The notes under the pieces: model-generated | The model's database searches: none | What the model was told of the DNA's origin: nothing | What the model saw: only the letters and a program-made list of their open reading frames with translations | From: Rhodosorus marinus CCMP1338 | Taxonomy: Eukaryota; Plantae; Rhodophyta | NCBI GenBank assembly: GCA_029953675.1 | Contig: JAMWBK010000005.1 | Location: 1,364,001 to 1,428,000, forward strand | Direction: 5' to 3' | DNA: 64,000 nt | In this document: one piece after another, positions 47,864 to 60,289 of the stretch | How positions within the stretch are numbered: the first letter of the stretch is position 1 | How the letters are laid out: each line of letters starts with the position of its first letter | Translations under genes and position numbers: made by a program

Positions 47864-49684
47864 TCATATGTACTGTTCATTTTGGCTCCTGTGGAAAGCC
47901 CTCACGCCTCCGGCCATGGTTCCTCCGCCGTCGGTTGCGTTGCCGCTGCGGTCACCCGTCAGGGCACCGAGCTCGTGCTCGTGCTGGTCTGTGTGTAAGA
48001 GATACGCTAACCTTGATTCTAGAGCCAGTGCAATGCTGACTATTAGAATGCAGGCTTTCCATGTATTCCTGATATCGAAGTCGCCCAGCACCACTAGCAT
48101 AACCAGGAAGTTCAAAGGGATCCGATAGATATTCATGATCGTACTTCTCGACTCCTCCGGAATCAACCTGAGAAACAAAACCGGTTTGATTATAAGAAAT
48201 CCAACTCGCATCTCTGTCCCCCGGGTCCAGCAGATTTTGTAGTACGCACTTGGCTCGAATAGTTCCAACAGCGGGAAAATACATTCCGACAGCGACTTCA
48301 AAGACCAGAAACGCGGCGAACGTGGTCTCAAGTCTCTCCGACAGTGCGCAAATCAAAAAAGCGAGTACAGACATTCCAAAGGCGGTCCTGCTCGGTTCCA
48401 ACGGAGTATTAGTGCTGAGCGTGTGGAATAGACAAACCAGGTTATGGGCGCTGTCAACCGACCTTAAGACCAACTCGCATGCGAAGACCTTCAGAAGAGC
48501 ATCTGAAACAGTGCTTCCTATCATCAAGGCGACCATGAATGTCGAGAATATCGTTCCTAGTAACCAGCAAAAACCATGGTAAACTTTCAGCGCCTTTCTG
48601 ATCGTCACGTTATGGTCGGGAACCAGACGCCTTCGAAGCTGGAGCCTACCATGTGGAATCTCAGAGGAGCTAGCGTTCTGCAGAGCCGGGGTCCACAGAA
48701 AAACAAACAAAAACAAAGAACTTTCGTAGAGACTCTGAATGAAGCCCAACGTCCGAATTCGCTCCGAGCGCAGGACATGACGGAAGGCTATCTTGAAGCC
48801 TTTCAGTAGGGACTCACTGTTGTTCCCATAGTTTTCGCCCCACGTAAGAGAGACCAACAGCGCCAACACGCACAGGTCAAGGATTGCTAAGTCGAAGGGA
48901 AGCACCTTACAATGGAAACGACCGAACAGATTGTCAAAGGGCAACTAGACTTGGGTTTGAAAGCTACAGTCAGAGCATTCAGTACCTTCCCATACTTGCT
49001 TGCAATCAGTCCAGCTGCTTGTCCAGCAGAAATCGCGGATATCCCGTTGATGAGCACTGCTTTCGCGAAAGTCTCAGACACCAACGATTGGATGAAATGG
49101 TTAGCCTTATGCTCGCAAACCATCCACGCCTGCATGGGACAAGTGGTGCATACCATTCCAGAAGACGAGAAGCGTGGGAAAACGTTAAGCACCTTGCTTC
49201 TGGTGGGAGATTTGCGGTTCGATCGAGAAATTTGACCACCAACCTCAAACACGGTGAACAAAATAGACGTGGACGCGCCGGCTAAAGCCCTCCCGACGAG
49301 AAGAACCCAAAAGTTTGGAAAATGCTTGGTTGCGCAGGAGACGCCATAGGTCAAGCAGAAGATGTAAACTGTTCGCTTTCTGCCAAATCGATCGGCTAAA
49401 GATGCAACGAAAGTCCCGAAAACTGCAGATGCTGCATACCCGGCGATGAACAGCTGGCCGACCTCTTTCTTCCCGTAGCCATAGTCAGTATACAGCGCGT
49501 AGACATATGCACCTTGTAACCAATCCGACGTACAAGCCAAGGCATATACCAGCAAGTATCTCAGCTGAAAGCTTGAAAAGCTCTTGTCCTGCTCGGAGCT
49601 AACCCAGCGCGTTCTCCTCCAATACACCACACCGCGTAGCAAAACACAACCGATTAGCCCAGCCAAGAAAACCTGCTGAAACAT
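47864..49684 (-). CDS. MFSD5: MFS transporter of the MFSD5/MOT2 (DUF791, molybdate-anion transporter) family, multi-exon
   Basis: FQLRYLLVYALACTSDWLQGAYVYALY, LADRFGRK, FEVAVGMYFPAVGTIRAK, IPEESRSTIMNIYRIPLN. Confidence 0.9.
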
Positions 49685-50910
49685 ACCAAAAACAAACTCA
49701 TCCCCGGTCGAGCACAGAGGCTTCCGAAGCGATCCGACACAAGGCTGATCAGAACGCTTTCAAGAGCAAACAGGTCTACAACTGAACGACTACTATCGAC
49801 GTCAGTTTCCTCCCCAACCCCTTTGCAGTTTTCCCAAGAGCGAACCCCACCAAATAGAAGTCTCCTGTCCCACAATAATGATTACGTAAAACTCCCTGTA
49901 GCAGATACTAGTCTAAAAAATTTCGTTTTTAGAGAACAAGAAATAACCAATTCCTGCAAAAAGGACGATATTGATCATGAAGTTTTTGCTATTTATGTTC
50001 CAAAAAGAGTCTATTTTTGAATATTATTAAAGAAAATAATGAATTAACACTATAATTTACGAGAGGATGACATGTTGTTGGCTACTTTCAGGTATGTAGC
50101 TGTCTGTTGACGCGACAGAATCGTCTAGACGAAGGGAACTTTGGATGCGCCAGCAGGCTGTTGCTGCTTTCTATGATCTCCTGGCATTCGGGATCAACCT
50201 GCTGTAAAGCTTCATGTTCTCACCTTCAGCTCCAACGCGGTTCAGTATCCGTGAAGCATCGTCCTCTGCAAGCTCGATCACCACCTCCAACACCTCCGAA
50301 GACTCCCTCTGGCAAGCCGAAGTTCACCGAGACTGCGAAGCGATTTTCAGCACACGAAAGAGAAATACACGCCGTGGTATATTTCAGGTACATGTGGCGC
50401 CAATACCATAGAAAAACTTACACAACGGCGTTTATTCCTCCTTCATGGATCGCTTCTAAGTCTCACTGAAACTTTCCGACCTCTCTTAACCCGATTAGGT
50501 ACCCGCGCAATGTTAACATTCATCGCATACCAATTCCAGGTTAGTCCGTGGTCTAACCTCGAGCTCTAGATGGTTCAGACTTGGTAGTGGTTAACACTGT
50601 GCGGTACGCTGCGTACTTAAGGCCTTCTCGAACTGTAGGCCTCGAACTGTTTTCTCTGGACAGAATTGTCCTCTGCGTTCTGACCGCAAAGAGGCTTCTC
50701 TGTTGGTTTGTATCAGTCGGAGTGGGTCGGATCTACGTCGCTTACCTAGTACGAGCTTGGGGTAAAAACGTGAGAGTTGTTTTGAGAGACTCGGCGAATG
50801 TGAAAGCGTTGACGGCCGCTAAGACGTTTTTTCTCTTCCATTCCAAGATCCCGTTTTCTTGGCGTACGTCCGTGAATGTCTAGTTTCGTCAGCGGATGGA
50901 GTTGTAGGGA

Positions 50911-52275
50911 ATGGAAGGTGGTAGGTTGTCATCGTCTATGGCAGAGTTTCTTAAACCACCGCCGTCGTTGGAGCAGTTGACCAACAGCGTTGAACGTACC
51001 TCGAAGGATGCTGGTGATCGTGCGGGAGTTGATGGAGGTCAAATGAAGCGACCAGCGGTGGAGGAGTTTCTGGAACTACCTCCAGTGCTCGAAACGGTGA
51101 TCGTCAGTGCAAACGTCGAGGAATCGCTTGCTTCCGGAGCTGCGGATGAACCTGGAGAGATACGAGAGGACGAGAATCTTTCTGAAGGGGAGATACAGCT
51201 CAATTCGGATTCCTTGGATCGTTTATCAGCGGCGCCAGTAGGGCACAATACAGTTCAAATCGAGGGTAGAGAAGAAGACGACTGCTATGCCCCGTCGACT
51301 CAAAATGCCGGATATCTTGGGCCACAGGGTACACACTCGATCAAAAGGGCGGAATTGGAGCCTCAGCATAACGGCAACGAGAAGATTCAAGAGTCCGATA
51401 CGCTTTTCTTTCCTTCTGTTCCTGGAGACGTGGATAGCTCGGAACTCAGGGAACTGCTACCTCAGCAGGACCTTTCTGAAGAAGTCAGGTTATGCGTCAA
51501 GAAGAAGGCAGTTGAGGGCTTCAATTACGTATGGGTGAAGTTTGGAGACGTAGAGAGCGCTACTGAGGCATACAAAAAGCTTCGTGGTTTCGAAATCCGC
51601 AAGAGACGCCGACTTGCTCCAGTGTTCCACCACGGGGGATTCCCAGAGCACTCACTAACGGTTCCCGGCGGGAAGGCGTATCTTGATAAGAGAAAGAAGG
51701 TACTGGCGGCTGGTGGATTTGGAAACACCCTCTTGATCAGAGATATTCCTTGTGATATAGACGACCAACAGATCGAGGAAGTACTTCGGAAAGAGACCGC
51801 GGGCCTTCTTCGCATAAGGTGCTCGGAATCAGCGGGATTGCCGGAGTCAATGTTCTCCACCGCTGACGAGGGAGAGGAGACGTCAAAGAAGTGTTGGGCA
51901 ACGTACAGTGACCAGGAGACGTGCATAGGAGCGTTTAGAAGGTTGTCGAAAGCTAAGCTCGCATTTGACGAGGGTTGTGAAGCTGTTGTTACTGTTGCTC
52001 TCCACGACGATACGACAGATGCCCATCATCCTACAAAGAAAGGGAGACGATTAGAAATGAATCGTGGCGAGGGCAAAGTTGGTGGACGGAAACGGAAAAC
52101 ACCGGATCGTCAAGAACGTGAATCTTGCCGATTCTTTCAACGCGGAATGTGTTCAAAGGGTGAAAATTGTAGATACAAGCACGACAAAAGTGCTGATCAT
52201 TTTATTAAGGCATTTGTACAAAATGTGCAGGATTCGAAAGCTAGTACCGCTCGGTCAAGTTCTGAACTAGCTTAA
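50911..52275 (+). CDS. RNA-binding protein with two divergent RRM-like domains and a C-terminal CCCH zinc finger
   Basis: 454-aa intronless ORF. LFFPSVP...YVWVKFGDVESATEAY, TLLIRDIP...CWATYSD, and CRFFQRGMCSKGENCRYKH (C-x7-C-x5-C-x3-H). Confidence 0.7.
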   Translation: MEGGRLSSSMAEFLKPPPSLEQLTNSVERTSKDAGDRAGVDGGQMKRPAVEEFLELPPVLETVIVSANVEESLASGAADEPGEIREDENLSEGEIQLNSDSLDRLSAAPVGHNTVQIEGREEDDCYAPSTQNAGYLGPQGTHSIKRAELEPQHNGNEKIQESDTLFFPSVPGDVDSSELRELLPQQDLSEEVRLCVKKKAVEGFNYVWVKFGDVESATEAYKKLRGFEIRKRRRLAPVFHHGGFPEHSLTVPGGKAYLDKRKKVLAAGGFGNTLLIRDIPCDIDDQQIEEVLRKETAGLLRIRCSESAGLPESMFSTADEGEETSKKCWATYSDQETCIGAFRRLSKAKLAFDEGCEAVVTVALHDDTTDAHHPTKKGRRLEMNRGEGKVGGRKRKTPDRQERESCRFFQRGMCSKGENCRYKHDKSADHFIKAFVQNVQDSKASTARSSSELA

Positions 52276-53581
52276 TCGGTCGCTACCAACGAGGATGGTG
52301 GAATGTCCAACTTCAGCAGAAACTCTAGAGCTAAAGCTGGAAATACGGCGAGGTGGTGAGCGCTGAGCGTCCTGCCAAGATCTGTTCAGTAATTGAAATG
52401 TACTATACGTGGCGCTAGAATTGGCAAAGACTTAAAAAGTCGCTAGAACCGGACGCACCGGCTCGTTTCGTTGCCGCTCCGTATTATGGACACCTCTCGC
52501 GAGGCAGAGCACGGATGTATAAGCAGCTTGTCGCGATCGGCACTCGACTTGGACCAAAGGGCATGTGTTGAGGAGCAGTTTCCAGCGCATTACGCTCGAG
52601 TCCCATTCCCGGCGAAAGTAGTTCACAATCGAAACTGGTTCTCACTGCCTTTGGTTGGCATGTTGCTGAGCTTGGTTCTTCTTCTACAACTTCAACCAAA
52701 ATCTAAAACAGTAGGGCAATCCGATAAACATAAAACATAGACAAACTCATTCAAAGACTCGGTCATCCTCCAGTCGATCGAAGCTTGGCGGTACAAACTA
52801 CATAGAAAGAATTGCGGTACGGCAGACCCACTCGTGACAACAGCAAGAGTCCAATCGAGAAGAAACGTCGTAAGAAGGACAGAAGAAATAAGCAGTCTGG
52901 ATCAAACTTGCTTTTAGGTATGATCCGAGCTAAATTAAAACTCCAACGGCGTGGAAGTTCAATGTCCATTTGGGCCTAAGCGAACTCCACCGAGTGACTC
53001 GGCTGTCAAACGCAGTTCGCTGGTGTTCGATCTTCAGTCAGGAAAATGATCGTTGAATAGAATTAGCTTCGTGATATTTCCTTCATAAATGCCATCATTC
53101 TCTTCCCTCTCTCCAGCTCGGGAGCCTGCCTGGCCTTCAGCAAAAGAGCCAAGAAAGAGAGACCCCATTTGCCAACCTCCCTCGTGATGAAGAAATGTTG
53201 GCCTGTGAAATGCTATTTGAGAACAGCTGGCCAGGAAAGCTTTGTGGGGAGGGGGAGGAGAGCGGGGAGGGAAGGAACGATTAGATATGATATCAGAATA
53301 GAATGGATGGGTGGGTTAAGCTCTGAATAAAAATCGCAGAGGCATGGACCTTGGGTTTGTTGAATTCATGTATGTTGCGAATCCATGGTAAGACACGAGC
53401 AACGGAAGACGGAGGATGTGTATTGGGAGGGATCGGAGGAGCGTTTGGTAGGACAAGATGGCTGGGTTTGGAGTTTGAGCGGTTCCTATCATTCCGTTGT
53501 TTGCTCTCTCTTTTCTTGTTTTTTCGGTTTAGGAATTGGTAGCTGTTCTTGAAGGAATTCGGAAGTTTGGGTTTTTGGGGG

Positions 53582-54696
53582 ATGATGGAGGAGAGCTATG
53601 GGAAGAATAAGTCTCCGAGACGGAAGGAAACGGTTGAAAGAGAGGAAGAGGATGCGGAGCCCAATCAGAAGAGGAAGAGGATTCCAGAAATTCGTTTTGC
53701 GTATGTATCGAGCGTTGGATGGCTCCCTCTAGTTGAGAACGACGAGAGGTTGGAGCAGGTCGGCAGGCATCTGGCGAGAACGTACCGTGGAGAGTTTTCG
53801 GTTTCAACTGGCTTTGACGCGAGCTTCATAAGGAGGTTGACCTATTATGGTTTCCTTCCAATGTCGCTGTACTCGACTGCGGGTAATATTCTCACGCCGA
53901 AGATGCACCAGAGGAGATGCGTGTTGTGCTTCAACGCCTTGCACATTCCGAAGAAGGTGAAGAAGCAGTGTAAATTGTATTATATGACTACCAATCAGTG
54001 CTTTCGTGCGGTCGTCGATCTCTGTAACCAACAGCACGGTGAGCACTCTTGGCTCTGCAAGGAGCTCGTGGACAGCTTTCTTGAGATTTACAACTCCAGC
54101 AGAAAGGTCAGTTTCCGGTTTGCGAAAGATCATAATCAGCTGGCCATATGTTGTGAGCTGACGCAGGTTCTCCTCAATCCAACAGGAGGAAATTGGTAGA
54201 GTTCCAGAAAGGGCAAAAGATGAAATCTCTTGCCGTATGCATTCAATCGAACTCTGGTCAAAGAATGGAGATCTCGTTGCTGGCGAGATTGGCTACACAG
54301 TTGGTCGCTGCTATACTTCACTTAGTGGGTTTAGAACAGAAGACTCTTCTGGAACTATTCAATGCGTCGCGACTGCGAGGTTTCTGGAGGAGGCTGGTTT
54401 TAAGTTTTGGGATTTGGGAATGGCTCTTCCGTAAGTACTGTGTATTGGTAGTCAGTCGTCTCTTGTGATTTGAGAGCTGTCAACATGTTTTCATGGCATC
54501 TGCTGATTGAGGTTTGCTGGAATTATCCTCGACCACCGACTCATTTAGGTACAAGATCAGCCTAGGTGCCTCGACGTGGACGCGAGAGAAATTTCTGAGC
54601 GAGCTTTCGTCTGCGCGAGGTGACTTGTCAAGGAGCTTCAAACTGGATAAGACAAACGCCAGAGACATAATTTTCCCAACCAGTAGCCAACCGTAA
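53582..54696 (+). CDS. aat: Leucyl/phenylalanyl-tRNA-protein transferase-like protein (Aat/LFTR fold; ATEL1-like), 3 exons (53582-54106, 54186-54430, 54549-54696)
   Basis: [43 protein letters not shown]...[36 protein letters not shown]|YKISLGA...REKFL. Confidence 0.85.
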
Positions 54697-56168
54697 CTTT
54701 CCAGCAAGAGTGAGAATCGCCTTTAGCCGCGTAGAAACGGCCTCAATTCTGACCGGACCGCCTTGCACCCCAACCATCTGCACTTTCAAGCTGCTGAACA
54801 ACTCATGCTTTTGGGAGGAATTCTTGGTGAACAAGAGCAATCTTGTTTCGAGGTCGGAGAACTCTCTTCGGCTGGCTGAGGGATGGAAATCTCCGTTTCA
54901 CCCTGGACTATCACAGGCCAAATGCCTGGATCGGTTGGACCCGTCTGTATCAAGAGAATATTCACAAAATGATCGGGCAAGTGTTGTACATTACGGTTAC
55001 AAATCGGGCAGCCCGGGAGGTTGAACTGTCTGAATCGACAGCAAAACTAGGAGTCGCGCACTTGTGGAACCCTGGCCTCTGCTCAACGCAGGTGGAAAAA
55101 AGATCGCCGGGAAATGTATACCCTGTCGCTCGAGCATGGATTATTATTTGCTAGGTTTCTTCATGCGAAGTAACTCCAGGGCTGGAGACGGCAGATTGGG
55201 TTTTATGTTGTTAAGCAACGAATACAATCAGAACATGCCAGATTTTTTTTGTCGCGGCATTTAAGCTTGTGAAGGCCTTTGAGTTTCTCCATAAATCGAG
55301 CGCAACTCCTGTTGATATTGCAACCCTGTTGTCGCATAATTGGATCGAATCTCCAGCTTGCTGGTCTAGAATATGGTGTGTTTCGTACTGACCCCGTCAC
55401 GGTTCCAGATGAACAAGTTTAAGGTTTCCGGAAGAGAAGCTACTCTGCACAAATCTAGTTCGAACCATCCTCACGACCTCGGCTTCAGTTGCTTGTCTTA
55501 GACGCCTCTAAGAGCTACCAGACCTTACAGAGCTCTTAGACGGACCTTGTATGAAAACGGATATCTGAGCGTTTTTCTTTCTGCACCCACCCAGTCACAT
55601 GCAGCGAGCGAACTACACTCTAGGTAAACGGACATGACCTTGACCCAGATGCTCTTTCTAGGGAGTCGACTTTAAAACCAGCCATCCGATTACTACACAG
55701 ACTGAAAACCCCGAACGCCTGGTCCATTTCTGATTGATAGAGTCGAAAGCGAGCTTCTGGGAAACTCACTGGCTTCGGATAGCGAACCTGCTGAACAATC
55801 TTGTCGAAGACCAAGGAGGTGGTGCTCCAGCTCGATCCTTGTTGGACGTGCCCATCCCAAATTACGTTCTCTTCGCCCATTAAGAGGTTTCCAGAGTGTC
55901 TGCTTCTGTTCGTTGGGGATCTTCTTGAAGCTGCTTGTTCGTCTCCAGGATGGAAAAGTCTTGACCACCAAGTTGCTCAAGTGGACGAGGCCATCGACGA
56001 GCACAGTTTCTTGTGGGGACGATCTGGGACAGGTCTGTGGGACAAGGATGATGAAACTTGTGAGGATGCCTAAGCTACGTGAGTGCCGATTGTGAGATTG
56101 TTCCTTTTCTCTGGTACTGGGAAGGTTGATGGGATTGTTGTTTTGTTTGTATTGATGAAATTTTGAGG

Positions 56169-57531
56169 ATGAGGATCGTTCACAAGTCGATAGCGAAAGA
56201 TGGTGAGGGAAGGGTCAAGCTTATTGCCACTGAGGCTGAAGACTTGTGGCATTTGTACAACCTGATTGATGTTGGCAACTTTGTGAAGGCCACGACGATT
56301 CGAAAGGTTCAGAGGGAGACGGATACGGGATCCTCGGAGTCGGAGAGGCTGAAGATTGTCCTGACCATCGAGGTGGCTGAAGTGGACTTCGATTCTCAGG
56401 GGTTACAGTTGAGGATAAAAGGGAGGAACGTGGTTGAGAACAGTCACGTGAAAGTAGGTGCGTTCCATACCATTGAAGTGGAGTTGCACCGAAGTTTCGA
56501 GCTCACGAAAAGCAAATGGGACGTCATCGATCTCGATCGGCTGACTACTGCGAGCGAGCCAACTGCGGGTGCCGATGTTGCTGCTGTGGTTATGCAAGAG
56601 GGATTGGCTAACGTCTGCGTGCTTAGCAACAGCCTGAGCCGGTTTGTCGCGAGAGTCGAGTCGAATATTCCACGAAAAGCAGCCGGAGCAGCTTTTAATA
56701 AGGACAAGTCAAAATCGAAGTTTTTCGACCTCGTGTACAGGGCTATAAAGGACAAACTGAAGCTGGATGAGCTTAAGGTTGTCATTCTCGCCAGTCCGGG
56801 CTACGTCAAGGACGAATTCTTCAAGTACATGAACGCTGAAGCTGTCCGTACTGATGAAAAGTCCATGATAAAGATAAAGCCGAAGTGTATTCTCGCACAT
56901 TCGTCTAGTGGGCATAAGCATGCGCTGCACGAGGTAAACACAAGCAGGCTCCTTTCCAAGACGAAAAAAGTGGGTTGATTGATCACCCGCTCGTACAGGT
57001 TCTTGCGAACCCAGCTCTGCAATCCAGGCTGGTTGACACAAAGGCAGCAGCGGAGGTGAAGGCACTGGAAACCTTCTTTGACGTCCTGAACAACCAGCCA
57101 GATCGAGCCTGCTACGGACCTCCGCACGTTCTCTACGCAGCGGACTTGGGCGCAATCCAGACTCTCCTTATAAGCGATAGCCTCTTTCGCAATGCAGACG
57201 TCCCCACCAGACAAAAGTACGTCGGCGTGGTCGACGTTACTCGATCAACAGGTATGCCTTCCTATCTCACTGGGGTCTCGTTTCTTGTTGCTTCACAACC
57301 CGCCAACGTTCATTAGCGTTAGAACTCTTGTCTGGCAACCAAACGCGTCAGAAATGAGAATGTTCACGCAATATTACCTCTTCGACTTTTCTTGCCATAG
57401 GTGGTGACGTTCACATCTTTTCAGCAATGCACATCACTGGTGAGCAGCTGAACGAGATGACTGGTATCGCCGCCGTATTAAGGTTTCCGCTCCCAGAGCT
57501 TGAGGATATGGACCTCGAGCAGAGCCCCTGA
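56169..57531 (+). CDS. PELO: Ribosome-rescue factor pelota/Dom34 (3 exons)
   Basis: MRIVHK...[95 protein letters not shown]. Confidence 0.96.
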
Positions 57532-57788
57532 TTTAGCCATGAATTGACTTTTTTTAACTGATCAGGCGGAACATCTGTCGCTACTAGTTTCAGCCTTGGC
57601 TTCCGCTCTGTTTGTTCTTTTGGACTATGTAAATAACGATAAGCTATCGCTCTCTGCTCGCGAAGCATGGAGCTGATAGACTGGACAAAAACCCGAGAAT
57701 TAGTTCTGCTTCCTCGTATCAGCCTTGCACCGTGGTCAATCAGGAGGATAGTGCTGGAGTAAGGGTTGCGGGCCGCTCATCGTGCTGA

Positions 57789-59759
57789 TCAGTCGGTTAC
57801 TCTAACGGGAATTCCATTCGTTACCACTGTATCCTTGACTTCCTTGATGCTCACTTCTTTTCTGTGGAAAATTCCTGCTGCCAGCGCTGCCTCAACCCCA
57901 GTCTCGTTGAAGCACTCCACAAAGTGCTCTGGGATACCAGCTCCGCTGCTTGCAATGACTGGTATGCTGACTGCACTGCTAACCATCTTAATCAAAGGCA
58001 GGTCATAACCTATAGCCAGTGGTACCCGACGAAACAGAACCGTTCACGATATTTCAGGAGCTGGACATGCGATAGTCTCTCAACTAAATGCAGCATTGAC
58101 GCGGCCATACCTGCGTTTGTGCCATCAGCATCCATGCAGTTAAGCAAAATCTCTCCAGCACCCATGGACTCCACCGAAGTAGCCAGCTGCACAACGTCGA
58201 TGTCCCTCCTGCGAAAGGCGTGACGTGGTTCATCCGTTTAGAGAAATCTAGTCACTATGGCGATGCTCCGGGATTCGTCCTTACGCTTCTCGACCGCCCC
58301 TCACCGTGCACTGATACCAACAATATTCTTCACCGTTCGGCCCTTTCTGTTGAGCAAGCGTGGTCACATGCTCCGTATCCTCAGGGCTACTTACGTAGAC
58401 GCGCTTCGGGTCGATGGACACCACCACAGCTTGGGCTCCGTAAACGAATGAAATCGCTCCTATGGAGCTGTCCTCAAACTTGCCGTTCTCGATAAATTTC
58501 TCCGCTGCATACACAGCATCGCTCCCGATGCTGACTTTGTCGGCTCCTGCTCGAAAGTACCTCGCTGCAACCTCTAGGGCCGTGTAGCTCACACCGTTGG
58601 AATCTTCGTAGTCCCGAATTCCGCCGCCAATGCACAGAGGTACAAAGACTCCTTCTGAAGAGCGTTCCAGAATCTGCAGCATTGGCGCGTCGCCAAGGGG
58701 CTCTCCACGGAACGATGTGATGTTCAAAAAGGTGACTTCATCCGCACCCTCATTGAAATACCGACCTGCAAGCGCAACCGGCTTGCCCAGGTTGCGGACC
58801 TGGAAGTGATCAAAGATTCACATCATCAATACAAAAACGGTCAGGTCAACCCTATTCAGCTCACGATCACAATCAAAAATCCTCTTTCAAGTGGAACAAG
58901 TTACCTCGCGGTCTCCGGCGGTTTCCCTGACGTCGTACTGGTCTCCTTTGGTAACCACTAAATCCCCTTGATCATTCTCACGAACGTCAAGGCATGCGAC
59001 TATCCGCTTTGCCAGGCCGCGATTGACGGAGTCCTGAGCCGCTGGTAAGGACTTTGGCAAAGCTAAGTCTGAGCTTGAGATGAAGTTATCAATCAATCGA
59101 AGACCCGCCTCTCCACTCTTCTCTGGATGAAACTGAGTCGCAAACAAGTTCCCTCTCTGAACGACGGACACGAAAGGTGATCCGTGTACTGTCTCAGCGA
59201 GGCAGTGTTCACTCTCTTCCAGCCGAAATGAGTGTACAAAGTAGAACCTCTCGTACTCAACGCCGTTTAGCAATACGCTTCCTCGTTTCGGAGAAAGCGT
59301 ATTCCAACCCATGTGCGGAACCGAAAGTCCTGGAGATGGCAGTATCTTGGTAATCGTACCGTCGATGATTCCCAGGCCGTCAATCTCAGGTGACTCCTCG
59401 CTGCCGTCGAACAGGCAGTGGAGACCGAGACATATGCCCAAGTAGGGACGATCTTGTTGCAAATACTCTGCAAGGGGCTCGGAGAAGTTTTTCTTGTCGA
59501 GATTCTCCATCGCAGCACCGAAAGAACCGACTCCGGGAAATATTAGCTTCTCCGCTGCGAGGATATCCTCCGGGGTCTGAGCCCACTTGAAATCGTGGCC
59601 AAGTCTCCTCAACGCGTTTTCCAACGAGCGTACGTTTCCAGCTCCGTAGTCAAGAATGGTCACGGTGGACATACAAGTAGTGTATTTTTTCTTTCCGACG
59701 CCCTGCCGTTGGCCAGGAGGACCTCGACTTAAACCCGATCCCGCAACAAACGCCATCAT
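57789..59759 (-). CDS. HIS7: Plastid imidazole glycerol phosphate synthase, fused HisH-HisF, multi-exon
   Basis: MMAFV transit peptide. Glutaminase motifs [27 protein letters not shown]; cyclase motifs [47 protein letters not shown]. Confidence 0.96.
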
Positions 59760-60289
59760 CCCCAGCTCAACTCTTCCAGGGCAGTTTCCACCTGATATCG
59801 CAACCTGAGCTACAGAATTCAAAAATCCAAAGAATTCGGTACTTTGTGTCCTTGAGTCAGAGACACTCCCCAAATAGAGTCCCAACACTCTTCTCCGCGA
59901 AAACTTTATACTCCAAAAGTCCATCAGCAGCGTTTCGATCGCTTTGACCAAAGACTACCTCTTCACATCAAAAACTCTCCCACATGCTCACGAGATGAAA
60001 CTTTGAACAAAATTTCCACTACCACGAAACTACACATGGAATACTTTTGCTTTCTAATAAAAAGGTATATCTAATAGATTGATTCAATCTAAATAAATGT
60101 TTTGCATTTCATTCAGATGCCGGAATTTTCCAACCGAGCGACCGCCGTTGTCATATAAAGATTGACGCTCTTCATATTATAGTAAAATATTATAGTATGT
60201 AGATAGAGTCAATCAGTTGGTTGCAATGTGGTGGGATGGTTTTATACCCGAATTGGGTTTGCGAGAAGGAAGAGGGGCGATGAATGTCG

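Noticed and set aside
55215-55500. In-frame TGA within a minus-strand frame as possible selenocysteine
   Set aside because: No selenoprotein motif, no identifiable SECIS and no supported gene model.
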